Assembly (NCBI GenBank): GCA_951406725.2
Contig: OX597831.1
Coordinates: 46,748,001 to 46,812,000, forward strand
Length of the DNA: 64,000 nucleotides
From: Octopus vulgaris
Taxonomy: Eukaryota
Direction of reading: 5' to 3'
Positions 13,854 through 28,431 of this stretch are shown here, piece after piece. The notes below the pieces were generated by a model. It ran no database searches. It had not been told where the DNA came from and saw only the letters and a list, made by a program, of their open reading frames with translations. The position numbers were made by a program, and so were the translations under genes. Each line of letters opens with the position of its first letter. Positions within the stretch are counted from its first letter, which is position 1.

Positions 13854-14842
13854 ATAGGTATGTTTAATTGGGACAGGCACATGACTAAACAACAAAAACA
13901 GTTGCAGAAATATTGCTCAGAACTATGAAACTGTATGGTTAATGCGCAGACGAATGAAATTAATCTTCTACCACCATTTTCTACCACTCAGATACCCTGT
14001 TCAAACATTTAGACAAAACACTTAGCTTAATCTTCCATTCTCAGAGTAAATAAGCCATTTGAAACTCTCTTACGAAAATCAAGCGGTACAAGTTCAAGTT
14101 AAACGATGAAATCTATTAACCATTACTTTAGCCTGGGAAGAAAGCTGTGGGGACTGTCCCTCTGCTTCTTTGTACGATATAATAAAAGCAGAACAACAGT
14201 TGCAACATCGACAATGTGACACCAAAGAGAAAATTAAAAAATATATATATATACAGCAAAAACAACAACATTTTTACTTGTTGGAAGCAATAACCACATC
14301 AGGAAGTACATCAAAAGTAGCATATGCTACAACAACAACACCAACAACAACAGCAACACAAACAACTGCAATATCAAAGTAATATAACGATGGTAACAGA
14401 GACCGTATCGACAGCAACATAAGTGGTTGCAGCCACAACAACAACAACCACAATAGAATAAATAATTACATTAAAGTAACAACAACAACAATACCAGCTA
14501 TTAACCAACAATCACTACTGCTAGTAATGCTATTACTACTACTACTGCTGCTGTGTATAATCTGTTGATTTACTTAATGGAAGCCAACAATAGTAGAAAA
14601 TGACTTGATTATTTTCCTGAACAAAAGAACAAGGGGCCATTATATCAATAAGCCCTGACTTGGAGAGCGACACTTAAGCCCCCCCCCCCTACAATAAAGC
14701 AGCGTTGCATTTACTGTACTCCCGCTCCAAGGAATCATTTCCCTGCGTAAAGTGTTGTTGCATAAACGTTTCCCATAACAACATAGCTAACATCGTATAC
14801 TGAATAATGGGGCCATTATACAAATATCCACAAATACACACA

Positions 14843-14893
<51 letters not shown>

Positions 14894-15349
14894 ACACGCA
14901 CACACACACACAAATGTACAGCCACTGATTAATGTAATTAAGGTTTCCTCATTTTCAAAAATTGCTCTATTAGATGGGCACGTTTGTGTTTGTATGATCG
15001 CATGTGTGTGCTGTGTGCGCGCGCGTATGTATGTGTACGTGTTTGCGTGTGTGTTTGTATGTATACATTCATACACGTGCCTGTGTGAGTGTATGTATGT
15101 ATGTATGTATGTATGTATGTATTCATTCATACACGTGCGCGTGTGAATGTAAGTATGTATATATTCATACACATGTGTGTGTGTGTGTCAGCTGGTTAAT
15201 GAGGTTTGCATATATATGTTGTGTATGCAAGTTTAAGGCCGTTTGCCTGACATTATTTAGGTCTACATATCTGTATCAGTCTAAAGACTGTGTGTGTGTG
15301 TGTGTGTGTGTCAAACACATACACACACACACACAAACACACAAATTAG

Positions 15350-15665
15350 TTTAGAGGTTAGTCGGTTACAACGACCCAAATACTCGACTGGTACTAATTT
15401 TATCTACTCCGAAAGAATGAAAAGAAAAGCCGACCTCGATGGCATTTCAACTCGAAGCATAAGATGGACGAAACATCGCTAAACATTTTTCCCAGTATGC
15501 TAACCATTCTTATTTCTTTTTCTGCCCACAAGGGGCTAAACATAGAGGAGACAAACAAGGACAGACAAAAGGATTAGGTCGATTACATTCTGATCTCAGA
15601 ATGTACGGAACCGGAACAAACGCCGCAAAGTATTTTCTTCGAGCGCTCTAACGATCCAGCTGGCT
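15350..15665 (-). mobile_element. Two tandem or nested SINE family B copies
   Basis: A head at about 15590-15665 plus alternative tail at 15510-15590 is followed directly by a second diverged copy at 15350-15510. Confidence 0.7.
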
Positions 15666-15846
15666 TGTACTCATGAGAGTTTGCCATCAGAAAGTCTTTA
15701 ACCTTAGGCCACTACTATTTATCATGTAAAAATATTATAAAGCCATTAAGGAGCACAACTCAGTAATTCGAATTAAAGTAAAAATGTAAATGGAATGGAC
15801 ACGAAGCAGCGTGTGGGCATGATCTTAGGTATAAGTACGGTGATAA

Positions 15847-15887
15847 CTTTGGACATGTTTCGTTCTGATTAGATCTCTTCAGTGAAG
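15847..15887 (-). ncRNA. Hammerhead motif with canonical core and decayed stems
   Basis: Minus strand CTTCA-CTGAAGA-GATCT-AATC-AGAAC-GAAAC-AT-GTC-CAAAG. Palindromic ACATGT stem III and GUC triplet; mismatches in stems I and II. Confidence 0.5.
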
Positions 15888-16810
15888 CGTGGTCTTATTT
15901 GTACATACAAGATATAAGCAACTGTTTTCAAGCAGCTCTGTCGATGATAAGTTATAGGAAAGTTTAAAAACCAAATAAAATTGTTGAGGTGAAAATTTCT
16001 CTAAAACTATATTACCTGACTCACTAGAGAAATATTTGGTGGCGTTAACAAAGAGAGAGAGAGAGAGAAGGGGAGAGAAAAAGAGAGGGAGGAGGGGAGG
16101 AGAGAGGGCGGAGGAAAGAGGCAGATGAACAAAAAGTAAGAGAGAGAATTCTCACACAACGAAGAATAATTTTCATGGTTGAAGAAAAACCAAGAGTGAG
16201 TGGGCGAGAGAGAGAGAGGGTGGGTGGGTAAGGAGAGCGAATGAGGAAGAAAGAAAGAAGGAATGAAGGAAGGAAGAAAAGAAAGAAAGAAAATTAAAGA
16301 AAAGTAAAGAATAAAATAAATGAAAAATGAAAAACAAGAATTTGGGGCTTGTGTAAATGGGAGTGCTTGTAGAAATGATAGAAGATGTGGAAAATCACTC
16401 AGAAGAATCCGCAAGAGTAACCTACTCAAAACAACTGCCAAATCTCTCTCAAATCACTGCTGACATCTTTGGCAAGGAAGGGAGTCGTTAACTCTACACT
16501 CTCTACGGAGCACAAAATGGCTATAGACGAGATGTCTTGCAACATTGGACTCTCCATGTACGGTTGATATGATACTAAAAACCGACAATAACTATGGCAT
16601 GCTCAAAGTCCAGAGGACACTGTTTCTACGGCTATACATTTAGACTTCACAAACCAAGTTACATTCACTCTTTTTTCTTTTAATTGCTAATAGAAAACAG
16701 CAGTAAGCCTCTCATCAGACACTGGTCCTCATACTGCCAAGCGACTAACCATGTTGGAGGAAAGACCTGAACCTCTGATACTATATGTTAATATATATAT
16801 ATATATACAT

Positions 16811-16947
16811 AGGCGCAGGCGTGGGTGTGTGGTAAGAAGCTTGCTTCCCAACCATATGGTTCCGTGTTCAGTCCCACTGCGTGGAACCTTGGGCGATTGT
16901 CTTCTACTATAGCCTTGGACCGATCAAACCTTGTGAGTGGATTTGGT
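16811..16947 (+). mobile_element. tRNA-derived SINE family A, 5' half
   Basis: AGGCGCAGGCGTGGGTGTGTGGTAAGAAGCTTGCTTCCCAACC...GTTCAGTCCCACTGCGTGG...CCTTGTGAGTGGATTTGGTA; truncated at (TA)n. Confidence 0.8.
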
Positions 16948-18867
16948 ATATATATATATATATATATGCATGTACATATATATAAATATATATATATGAT
17001 TATATATTCTACATATATGTGCATGTGGTGGGGGTGCTGGTGGCGCGGCACAATATGGCTGAAGGTTTAAGAAGTTCATTTCGTAACCACCAGGTCCGGT
17101 TTTGATTCCGCTGCGTGGCATCTTGGGAAAATGTCATTTCCTTACGCCCCGAAATTGAGAAAACTGAAACCATACAGACGACCGTCGAATGGCTTGTACC
17201 TGTAATTCAAAAGATACAACCATGACAAATACCATGTCGTGTAGATTGTGTTTCTGAGATTTACGTTAAGGATTCATTTATCCGTACATGTATCAACCAC
17301 TTGCACTCTCTGATTGGATGTACACTCACATTGCCTTTAGTTCTTGGCTTTCAGTATTGGTTTTCTCATAAGGCTGCTTGAACTCTCACTGACTGTCTTT
17401 TGCAAATCAAAGAGTTCTGTTCAGACCAAGCTAGGCTGCTAGAAAAACGAATCATGTCTCGTAATCCTGGATCTAATGATGCGCCGGATACTTGATTGAA
17501 AATGCTCATTATTGTCATTTAACTAAGAATACATGACGTATGCGAGCTAAGACAATAGATTCTGAATGAAGAAGGGCACGAACTTGGGTATCAGAATTAA
17601 ATAAATATACATCCAATGCATGCAAAGTAATTCATTGATTTATAGAAATGATCTTTGCTTCGAGAGGAAGCAAACAAATATTGAATTATAGTGGCAGACG
17701 ATTGTTTGACTGTTATGTCTGTCTCTAGTGTATTCATAGTTAAAATATCCGACCTCTGTGTTCTAGGCACGCTAACCTGCTGGAACCCATCACTCTTTTA
17801 CAAGTTGTTGTACCTGACATTTGAATTTTTCTGCCAATATGTCACCTTCAAACAGCTATATTCATACACACATAAACACCTGTATGTCTCCACTTTCTCT
17901 CTTTTTGCTCTCTCTCTCTTTCTGTCTCTGTCTTTGATATATATATGTGTGTGTGTATGTGCGTGTGAGTGCACATACACAATTACAGTGTTACTCAATT
18001 AGGGTTAGAAAAGGGCGAGTAGGTTCCATGGAAGCCAACGGTAACCATATCGTAGAGCCACTAGCATAACTAGACATGAATCCGAGGGAGTCGAAAAATT
18101 AAAGGTGAAAAATTAAAAGTTCAGGTGCACCAGCAGCAAACATCTTATGGGAAACAGATAGATGGATGTACTATGTACATGTATATATACATACACATAA
18201 AGAGAAAGAGAGAGAGAGAGGAAAAGTGAGCGCGATACACAGACATATATCTATACACACGCATTATGAAAGCAAATGTGTCACCTTTATAATCAATAGG
18301 TAAACTCTTCTAAAGGTCACAGCTAAAGCAATCGCTGACATATGAAGAATTGATAACAACTCCGATAAAATAAAACGAGAACATATATGGTCACCGTTCT
18401 ATATTGCCCTATAAATTAAAATTACTTGCCCTATAAATTAAAAATGAATGCTTTAGACCAGCCAAAACATTGTACATTTACTTTAGAGCTATTCAGTCAC
18501 TTTCTGATGTTCCACGCTAAACAAGATATAAAAATAGAAACTTGTTACGTAAGTTGTAGCTACACTGTGAATACAGTCCCAAATTGGAGCCAGTGTTATT
18601 TTACAAGCATTCTTTTTTCTTCAGGTGTATTGTACAAAACGATACCGTCATTTTAAAATACGAGATGACTCCTTACGTCATTTGAAAATACGAGACATTT
18701 GATCGTTGTCAAAAAATGAAGCAATTATTCAGATACGTTATATAAATCAGGTCGCGCACAGAGACAATGCAGGTGGGGAAACATGTTTTTGTACGGCTTA
18801 TTCAATGTTTAAATATTTGTATTTTTTAATCATATGTTAGTGAAGGTATTGTACCGGGTAGAGTAGT

Positions 18868-19042
18868 CCTATATACCGTAGCGAAAACGGCTTATCTATC
18901 TCGTATAGAAAATAGTATATACCGTACTTAAAGGCGGAATATATCATAGTGAAGACAATATATCGTAAAGAAGAGGATATATAGCATTTTATAGCTGTCA
19001 TACGTCGTAGTGAAGGTGGTATATACTGTAGTGAAGATGAAC
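18868..19042. repeat. Degenerate ~21-23 bp minisatellite
   Basis: About 7-8 units resembling ATATACCGTAGTGAAGRYGRT. Confidence 0.6.
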
Positions 19043-20974
19043 ATTCTAAAGCAGAAAGTTACCTTTAGCTGAATCGTCAATACACTTTCGATTCCTGAAG
19101 GCAATAGAAGCCACTTCCCTTACACTTCTAATGCTTTTGTACAAGGCCGAATCTCACTAATTCCCATCCCATTGTTTCTTTTTACACAAACACACACGCA
19201 TACGACAACCTATACCAAAGTAAAAGGGCAGGAAAGCATGAACCTGCTACAATTGCAACAAATGTTAAATCACCAAACTGGGATATTTAGTTTCTGCTAT
19301 CATCTTTCTTTTTTGTGGTTAATTAAAGATTAAAAGGGACCACTCCGTACTGGATTCGCTTCATGCATGACTTGTAGAAGAAAAAAGAGTATGCAGTTAT
19401 ACATATTCCCATAAAAAATATCATGACTTTTTACATAATTTAATGTAATATTCTGGGTATATGTGTATGTATTATGTAAGTGTATGACTATATATATTTA
19501 CTTTGCTCTACATGATCTAAAGTCTCGCGAACATATAGGATATGCCCATCTAATCTGATGTTCGAAGACAGAGCCTGGAAATGTACAGACTGAGTATATT
19601 AATGTGTAAGTGCTAGGGCGGTGGGAATAATGCCAAGTTTAGCTCTTGGGTAAAACCTGGTCATTGAATTACTCAGTTGTGATTTTAAACCTAGTCGGGG
19701 TCAGATTTACTTGACTGACATCACTAGCACTGCTTCAGAAAAGCATGAATGCCACAGCTTTTCGTATCTTGTCAAAGAAATGGTGAAGATTTCCACTTAA
19801 TTATTTACGAATATCGATGGCGAGTATTCTATCGTAGAGGTAACATTATTGTTGTTGTTGGTGGTGGTGGTGGTTTGACTCCAGAGCAATACAGACTGGG
19901 CACACCATTGATTAAAGGGGGTCAGCCTTGTCATATTCTGTGTCACACTGAATCTCCCTGTGAACTAGTTTGCGGAGTGCCCAGCCACTTGCACACGTTA
20001 ATTCCACAAGCAGGCTGTTTCCGTTGATCGGATCAACTGGAACCGTTGTCGTCGTAACCGCCGGAGAACCAGTCAAATCTTAGCAGTGACCACCCCGTCC
20101 TCTCAGAAATTTGTCTTGTCGCGCTTTATCCTTTCTTTACTTTAAAAGATTGTAACGTGTGATTGGAGGGAAAAGCGGCCACTTAAAGTCAGTCTTTTAG
20201 CAAACGACTCCTCGACCCAGATTTTCAAACCTCAAAGGAGTTTTACACTTCGTTATCACCACTTAAACTCCTGACAATAAGTTACACACACACACACGCA
20301 CACAGACGCACATACACACATGCAATCGCTAGCGCACACACAAACACATACACATACACCTATACAAAACATTCCATGAAAATTAGCAGATGCAAACACA
20401 GATGTAAGCACGTGCTCAGTATGGACACAGATGCGTACATGCAAAGTAAAGACAAACACACGAGAACATCTAAAGAAGTATATTTTCAGCGACAAACAGC
20501 AACGTACGTAAGTGAATAGATACAGGCACACTTTCATCGATATTGACCACACATGCACTTCTAAACAGAAAAAAAAAATCTATAATCTATAGATATACAA
20601 TTGTATAATACAGTTAAACATATATGGACAGAGTTACACATGGCAACAAGAAAATAAACACTGAAGATGAGTTACGTATATGCAAATATTTACGCACGCA
20701 TACACAAAGTTACATAAAGTCATACACATACATACACAAAGATAAATATGATGTCTCTCTATCTATCTATCTATCTTTTTCTTTTCTTTCTTTCTTTCTT
20801 TTTTCTTTCTTTCTTTCTCGCTCTCACACACATACGTAATGATGCTAAAAGATATACATTAAATCAAATACATAAGACACATACCTACAAAGGCTAGTGT
20901 CGAAGACGTTCACACACACACACATACACACACACACACATACACACACACACACACACATACACATACACACA

Positions 20975-21212
20975 CATGTCTATGTATACTTAGTTATAAG
21001 TAGTCAAACGCACACACACACACACACTCATGTCTATATATATATACTTAGTTACAAGTAATGAAACGCACGCACACACACACAAGTCTATATATACTTA
21101 GTTATAAGTAGTCAAACACACATACACACACACACACACACACAGACGCAGACCACTCGCACACACACACACACATCTATGTATATATACCTAGTTATAA
21201 GTAGTCAAACGC
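20975..21212. repeat. Minisatellite: conserved core separated by variable (CA)n spacers
   Basis: TCTATATATACTTAGTTATAAGTAGTCAAAC-like core occurs four times (about 20978, 21034, 21087 and 21176). Confidence 0.85.
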
Positions 21213-22126
21213 GCGCACCCCCTCCACACACACACACACAAAACACATACATACACACACGCACACACACACACACAGATTCAGAGATCACCGATGACTA
21301 AGCAAGGCTATTTATCACAACACCCAAGTAAGTTTAAAATGTCACTGGAGCAACCTGACAGCTTTATAAAGTATTTAACGAGATATTTAGTAAAAATTAC
21401 GTAAGATTGACTCACGCAAAATGGCTACTATTTAGCGATAATTACACAACAATTATATATTTAGGTACACATAATACATACATACACACAAATACATAGT
21501 ACAATATATATGTATATATATATATATATTATACACTCACAACACACAAAAATACATTAATGTTCATATATGCATACACACATGTATATATACATACCTA
21601 CATACACACATACATACATACATACATACATACATACATACATACATACATACATACATACGTACGTGCAAACAAACGTACGCGAATAGAGATATTCATA
21701 CATACACAAATAATAGATACAAGCCTCGATAAATACACACATACAAACATAACACATATGTTTATGAAGTTCGGTTCGCAATCACGTGTTTCTGAGTTCG
21801 ATTCTATCGCCCGCCGTCGAGTTCACCAGATCTGCGACATAGCGGTTCGACAAAACAGGAATACAATATGTATCAAACTAAATTAAGTGTATTAATATAA
21901 ATTAAGTATTTCGATAGGATCTGCCAAAGCCCTTGGGAGCCGTGTCCCAGTATAATCTCGGCCCAATCATTGTAATCAGGAAAAGAATATGTGTGTGTGT
22001 GTGTCTCAGTGTGTATGTCTAATATGTATATATGTATGTATATATATGTATATATATATATATATATACATATGTATATATATATATATACATACATACA
22101 GACACATATATACGCATATATATACG

Positions 22127-22157
<31 letters not shown>

Positions 22158-22285
22158 TGTATATATACATATATATGTGTGTATATATATATACAGTATA
22201 TATAACTATATCTATATACATACATAAATATATATATATATTTACATACATACGCTCGCGCAAAACAAAGAAGTAACACAAAGAC

Positions 22286-22316
<31 letters not shown>

Positions 22317-22518
22317 GACGGTGAGCAGAGGGCAACTTTAAAGAAAATTACTTTGCTTTATTTCTTTCGGCTCATTAGGTTTTGGGTTCAAAACCTGTCG
22401 AGGTGTGCTTTGCCTTTCATCCCTTCGGAGATCAATAAAGCAAGGTACTAGTCAAGTACTGTAGTCCATAGAGCCGCCAACTAATCTTGTGACTAAATCA
22501 GAAAGTATATATATGTAC

Positions 22519-22549
<31 letters not shown>

Positions 22550-22551
22550 TG

Positions 22552-22625
<74 letters not shown>

Positions 22626-22773
22626 AGATGTACTCGCATAGCAAGTGATTTGATCTGAGATCGTGTGCTGAAACGAAAACAATTGAAAAAAAATTAAACT
22701 TAAATGTTGAAGTGAATCGAACGGCTTTTGTGTGTTTCTTAAATGGCTTACAAACACCTTCCACGCTGCAATT

Positions 22774-22869
<96 letters not shown>

Positions 22870-23344
22870 TATATATGTGTATGTATTTATATATGTATAT
22901 ATATATATAGATAGATAGATAGATAGATAGATACATACATACATACATACATACATACATACATACATACATACATACATACATAGATTGTGACACACAC
23001 ACGCGCACACTCAAAGACATATGAGCAATAAACGCATAAAAGATATGGAATCTTATGTACATCTGAGTCTGTTGTAATAATGTGTATATGAGTGAGTGAA
23101 AGAACATTCACATTTCATAACCGTATCTAACTTTTAAATGTAAACCTATATATATTATCAAACACGAATAACCACTTATACATCTGTGTGTGTGTGTGTA
23201 TACAGGTATATGCATATATTATATTATTTTATTTTATTTGTGTATGTGTGTGTATAAGTAAATATACCTTTACATATGAATTCATGTATAAATGGGTGAA
23301 TATGCTTGTGTGTGTGTCCAAGTATACGCATAAATACCCAAATA

Positions 23345-23407
<63 letters not shown>

Positions 23408-23497
23408 ATATGTATATATATATATATGCATATATATATATATATACACACATATATACACACCTATTTATATGAATAGTTATACACGTATAGTTTT

Positions 23498-23531
<34 letters not shown>

Positions 23532-24099
23532 TCACACACTTACACATTTATTTATACATACATACATATATGCATACATACATAAATACATACATACATA
23601 CATACATACATACATACATACATACATACATGCATACATACATACATACATACATATTTATGTATATATATATGCGGATGTATGTGTATATTTGATGGCG
23701 TTTTTACAAAGATTAGGAAGACAAATCTTAGAACACACAACTGAATAGAAGTTAGAAAGGCAAGTGCATATGGCTATACTTTGAATACATGCCCTACAGC
23801 CGTACTAATGTTTCGTGTTTCACGATTCTCCGCAGGTGATATATTTTCAAATACTTCACCCTCAGGTAAGTCGTGAGATTGACATAGTCGTAGAGCTTAT
23901 ATCCGAAATATATGTATGTATATGTACAAATATGCCTAGATGTACGTATATATATATATATATATATATATATGCATATATACATGTATACATACATATA
24001 TGCATATATACATGTATACATACATATATACATACATACATACATACATACATACATACATACATACATACATACATACACACATATATTCTTTTAGTC

Positions 24100-24310
24100 T
24101 TTTATTTTTTATTTGTTTCAGTCATTTGACTGCGGCCATGCTGGAGCACCGCCTTTACTCGAGCAAATCGACCCCACGATTTATTGTATGTAAGCCTAGT
24201 ACTTATTCTATTGGTCTCTTTTGCCGAACCGCTAGGTTACGGGGACGTAAACGCACCAGCATCGGTTGTCAAGCGATTTCGGAGGGACAAACATAGACAC
24301 ACAAACACAT
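24100..24310 (-). mobile_element. SINE family A, 3' half
   Basis: TTGTTTCAGTCATTTGACTGCGGCCATGCTGGAGCACCGCC...AAGCCTAGTACTTATTCTA...GCATCGGTTGTCAAGCG. Confidence 0.85.
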
Positions 24311-24375
24311 ACATATACATATATATATACACATACATACATATACATACACATACATATGTATGTATAGGTAAG

Positions 24376-24478
<103 letters not shown>

Positions 24479-24531
24479 GCATATATAGGTACATATATAT
24501 GAGTGTGTGTGTGTTTACAATTAAAAGATTC

Positions 24532-24576
24532 ATCATGACTTCAAAGTTTCGTCGGTGTATGGTTTCGTCAGACGGC
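24532..24576 (-). ncRNA. Decayed hammerhead motif
   Basis: Minus strand GCCGT-CTGACGA-(14 nt, poor stem II)-GAAA-CTT-TG-AAG-TC-ATGAT: canonical core boxes, near-palindromic stem III and GUC triplet. Confidence 0.4.
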
Positions 24577-24854
24577 AGGACGAAGCACATTTAAATTCAA
24601 TAGAAACCGTTTCCTTATAAAAATAAATATGATCTTCTATTTTCTGATATTAACCCTTCTGTTAATTCTTGATATTTCCTGTATATAACTATATGCAAAA
24701 CTAAGCAGACACACATACATACATGTACACACACACACACGTACACACACACATACATGAATGCGTATATGTATTCATATATATATATATTCATACACAT
24801 ATATATATATTATACATACATATATATATATAAACATATATATATATAAACATA

Positions 24855-24901
<47 letters not shown>

Positions 24902-24908
24902 ATATATA

Positions 24909-24953
<45 letters not shown>

Positions 24954-24960
24954 ATATATA

Positions 24961-24991
<31 letters not shown>

Positions 24992-24996
<5 letters not shown>

Positions 24997-25180
24997 ATCC
25001 AAACAAGAAAACACAGAAAAAAAACACACCCACGCGAGGACGTGGAACAATTAAAGTATTATTTGACGCTCAGGAAAGAAGGGAAGGAGGGTTTAACGTT
25101 TCGAGCGGAGCTCTTCGTCGGAAACAAAGGAGAAGGAAAGATCCCGAGAAGGGAAGACAGAGGAAAAAAATTTTTTTTTT
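24992..25180 (-). mobile_element. Hammerhead-bearing Penelope-like terminal-repeat element, same family as 1751-1941; hammerhead at 25091-25125
   Basis: Minus strand GTTT-CCGACGA-A-GAGC-TCC-GCTC-GAAAC-GTT-AAAC; perfect stems, U4C core variant; abuts (TA)n. Confidence 0.72.
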
Positions 25181-25407
25181 TGCTGGTGGTGCTCAAGAGA
25201 TCACATGTTGAAAGAACAGAAGTTGAAAGGTAGACGAATCATGATTTTTAAAAACAAGAGAGTTTCAAAGACAAGGAATGTGTGGGTGCGTGCGTGCGTG
25301 TGTGTGTGTGCAAGGATGACAAGTGTGTTTGTGCGTGCGTGCGTGTGTGTGGGCCAAAAGTCACACGACAGTAAATCAAAGGTTCTATAAATACTTAGTA
25401 TTCAGTT

Positions 25408-25440
<33 letters not shown>

Positions 25441-25699
25441 ACAGAATTCATGGTATAGTTTACATGCTCGTGGGAATGTGGCACTAAAAATAAAATGTCA
25501 AAGCACTTGTTTTATTAGAAACAACAATCCCTTCTCTGTGGGGAATTTGGAATGAGTAATGCTGTCACTCAAGACACCATCAAAGCTTTCGAGTTTGTAT
25601 GTGATGCGAATCTCGAATGGAAGCTCCCTGACAATGGGCGCCACCTGTATATTTCATCTCTTTGTTTAGTAGCTCTCTAACAAACTGCATTATTGCATT

Positions 25700-26520
25700 G
25701 TATGTTGAAGGAACTTATTTTATCCCTCACACAGTGTGCGCCAGTATTCGCTTTTTGCTCTCACTCTCTTCTTGCTATACATCAAGAAATTCCCGCCACA
25801 TCCAACAACACTCACACTTCCACAGATGATAGTACCTTACATTTCTCCCTACCATTCTACAACCATTCATTTTCCACTCACAAACTGGACACTAGTCACC
25901 AAACTCCCATTGACTGCATGAGCAGAAATGGAGCCTTGTCGCCTTCAACAACAAAATACAAAAGTGGCTCAAATGAAGAACATGTCATTGCAATATGCTT
26001 CTCTTAATTGTGGGCAGCACTAAGCTAAAGACCCAAAATCGCCCTAATTTTGAATTTTCTAATCAGTGGCCAAAGCACATCTTTAACACGTCCAAGATTG
26101 CATATCCAAATGACCAGGTCTATTTAAAACAGGAAGTTATTTCAGCTCAATAAGTATTAGTATTCTACAAATCTCCAGTGAGGCCTTATTAAATATTATA
26201 CTCAGATCTAGGATTGCGCTTTTGCTGCACACGCAGAAAAACTAAACCATTTCCAGGCAAAGGCGACCCAACTTAATTGCAGAAAGCTGCTCACAGACAG
26301 GGTCCAGTCTCTGGCCCACAGACGTACTGTCTGAATTCTTTACTTTTCTACTACTGCTGTAATAGCCGATGCTTACTGTAGCCGGATAGACATATCGCCG
26401 TCTTCCCATCCTCATTCTGTTTAATATCTCAGGCTCCGCACAAGTCATTACTTCCGGCGCCCTCTTCTCAGAACACCTTTGGAAATACCCTGATATTCCT
26501 TCCACAGCTAATCACTTAGG
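25700..26520 (+). pseudogene. Decayed LINE reverse-transcriptase C-terminal remnant (Jockey/CR1-group-like)
   Basis: Frameshifted peptides LTLFLLYIK / ATSNNTHTSTDDSTLH (degenerate YADD box) and DRVQSLAHRRTV. A related fragment is at about 56560-56780 (LDRIQNKCIKLIG...QPLAYR). Confidence 0.6.
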
Positions 26521-26683
26521 AACTTTCAGGAGGAACATTAATGGCGTCAATCTCAGAGGTCTTCCCTTTCCCCCAAACCAAACATCTAAATAAATAAATT
26601 TTGTGGTGTGTTCGCGCGCGCGTGTGTACACATGCACACACAAACACGCATACACACATACAGAAACAAACACAGGCAAATGC

Positions 26684-26744
<61 letters not shown>

Positions 26745-26806
26745 TATATGTATGTATGTATGTATATGCGTATATGTATGTATAGGTATGAATGTTTGAT
26801 TATATA

Positions 26807-26866
<60 letters not shown>

Positions 26867-27227
26867 TAGTTTGCTTATATGTCAAGTGTCCAATTATATA
26901 TAAAAACAATCTAACGATAAAAATGATGGTTTCCATAGAGTACATATTAGATATTACAAGGAAAACTGAAGTTTTGGCTAGTTTGCCTTCATCATACGGT
27001 CTGATAAAGGCGAGCAAGCAGAAACTTTGAATTCAAAATTACTGTCAGTCTATTCTTTCAAAAATTTGTATACGTGTGTGTGTATGAACATATATATATA
27101 TATGTGTATGTGTGTGTGTGCTTGTGTGTGTGTGTGTGCGCGCGCCTATATATATATACACACACTTATGTACACATATATCTATACATACATACATATA
27201 CATATACACGTATTATTTCTATAAACA

Positions 27228-27281
<54 letters not shown>

Positions 27282-27367
27282 TATATAAATATTTACACGC
27301 ACACATTTACACACATTTATACACATATTATACACACACATACACATCCACGCACGCACACACACAC

Positions 27368-27417
<50 letters not shown>

Positions 27418-27471
27418 ATACATATATATATGTATACATATATATATACATATATATATGTATACATATAC

Positions 27472-27567
<96 letters not shown>

Positions 27568-27899
27568 TATGATTCAATATTTTTGTGTATTAATAATCTA
27601 TGTCAAAATAACTTCAAAGTTATAAGGTACGAATAAATAAATTACAAAGTTTTGCAATACAGAATACTGGAGCCGTGAATTATATAACTCAGTAAATCAA
27701 AGAAAAGCTAGCACGATTTCAATCTTGAGTTGTTTTACGTATGTGGCAATAATTGGGTTTCTTAATATATATATATATATGAGTGTGTGTAAATAATTTC
27801 TTTTTTAAAGTGAAACCGGTCAAGTCAATAATAAACAGCTTTAGAAGACCCCTGCATTTTCGAATCCTCTTCCATATATACATACATACATATATATAC

Positions 27900-27961
<62 letters not shown>

Positions 27962-28155
27962 CATATATATGTATGTATATGTATGTATATATGAAAGTTT
28001 GAATTTACAAAAGGAGAGAAATAAATACTCATTGCAAAGTGGTGTATTAATATCATTTGTCGTTGCGTGTGTGTGTCGTTATTCGTGTCGAAGCTTGCAT
28101 GTATGAAAGAATGAAAATGTATGAAAGAATGAAAATGTATGAAAATGTATGTATG

Positions 28156-28191
<36 letters not shown>

Positions 28192-28211
28192 TGTACATAT
28201 ATGTATATACA

Positions 28212-28328
<117 letters not shown>

Positions 28329-28431
28329 GTTTGTATGTATATCGATGGTGGAATTAGAGCCTGAAAGCGTTGACTTACCGTCGTTGAATCGAGTGCTTAA
28401 CGCTGGATTGTCGTCCTTTCACGGGTGTCTC

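Noticed and set aside
20975-21212. CRISPR-like repeat/spacer appearance
   Set aside because: The spacers are (CA)n rather than unique sequence, there are no cas genes and the context is eukaryotic.
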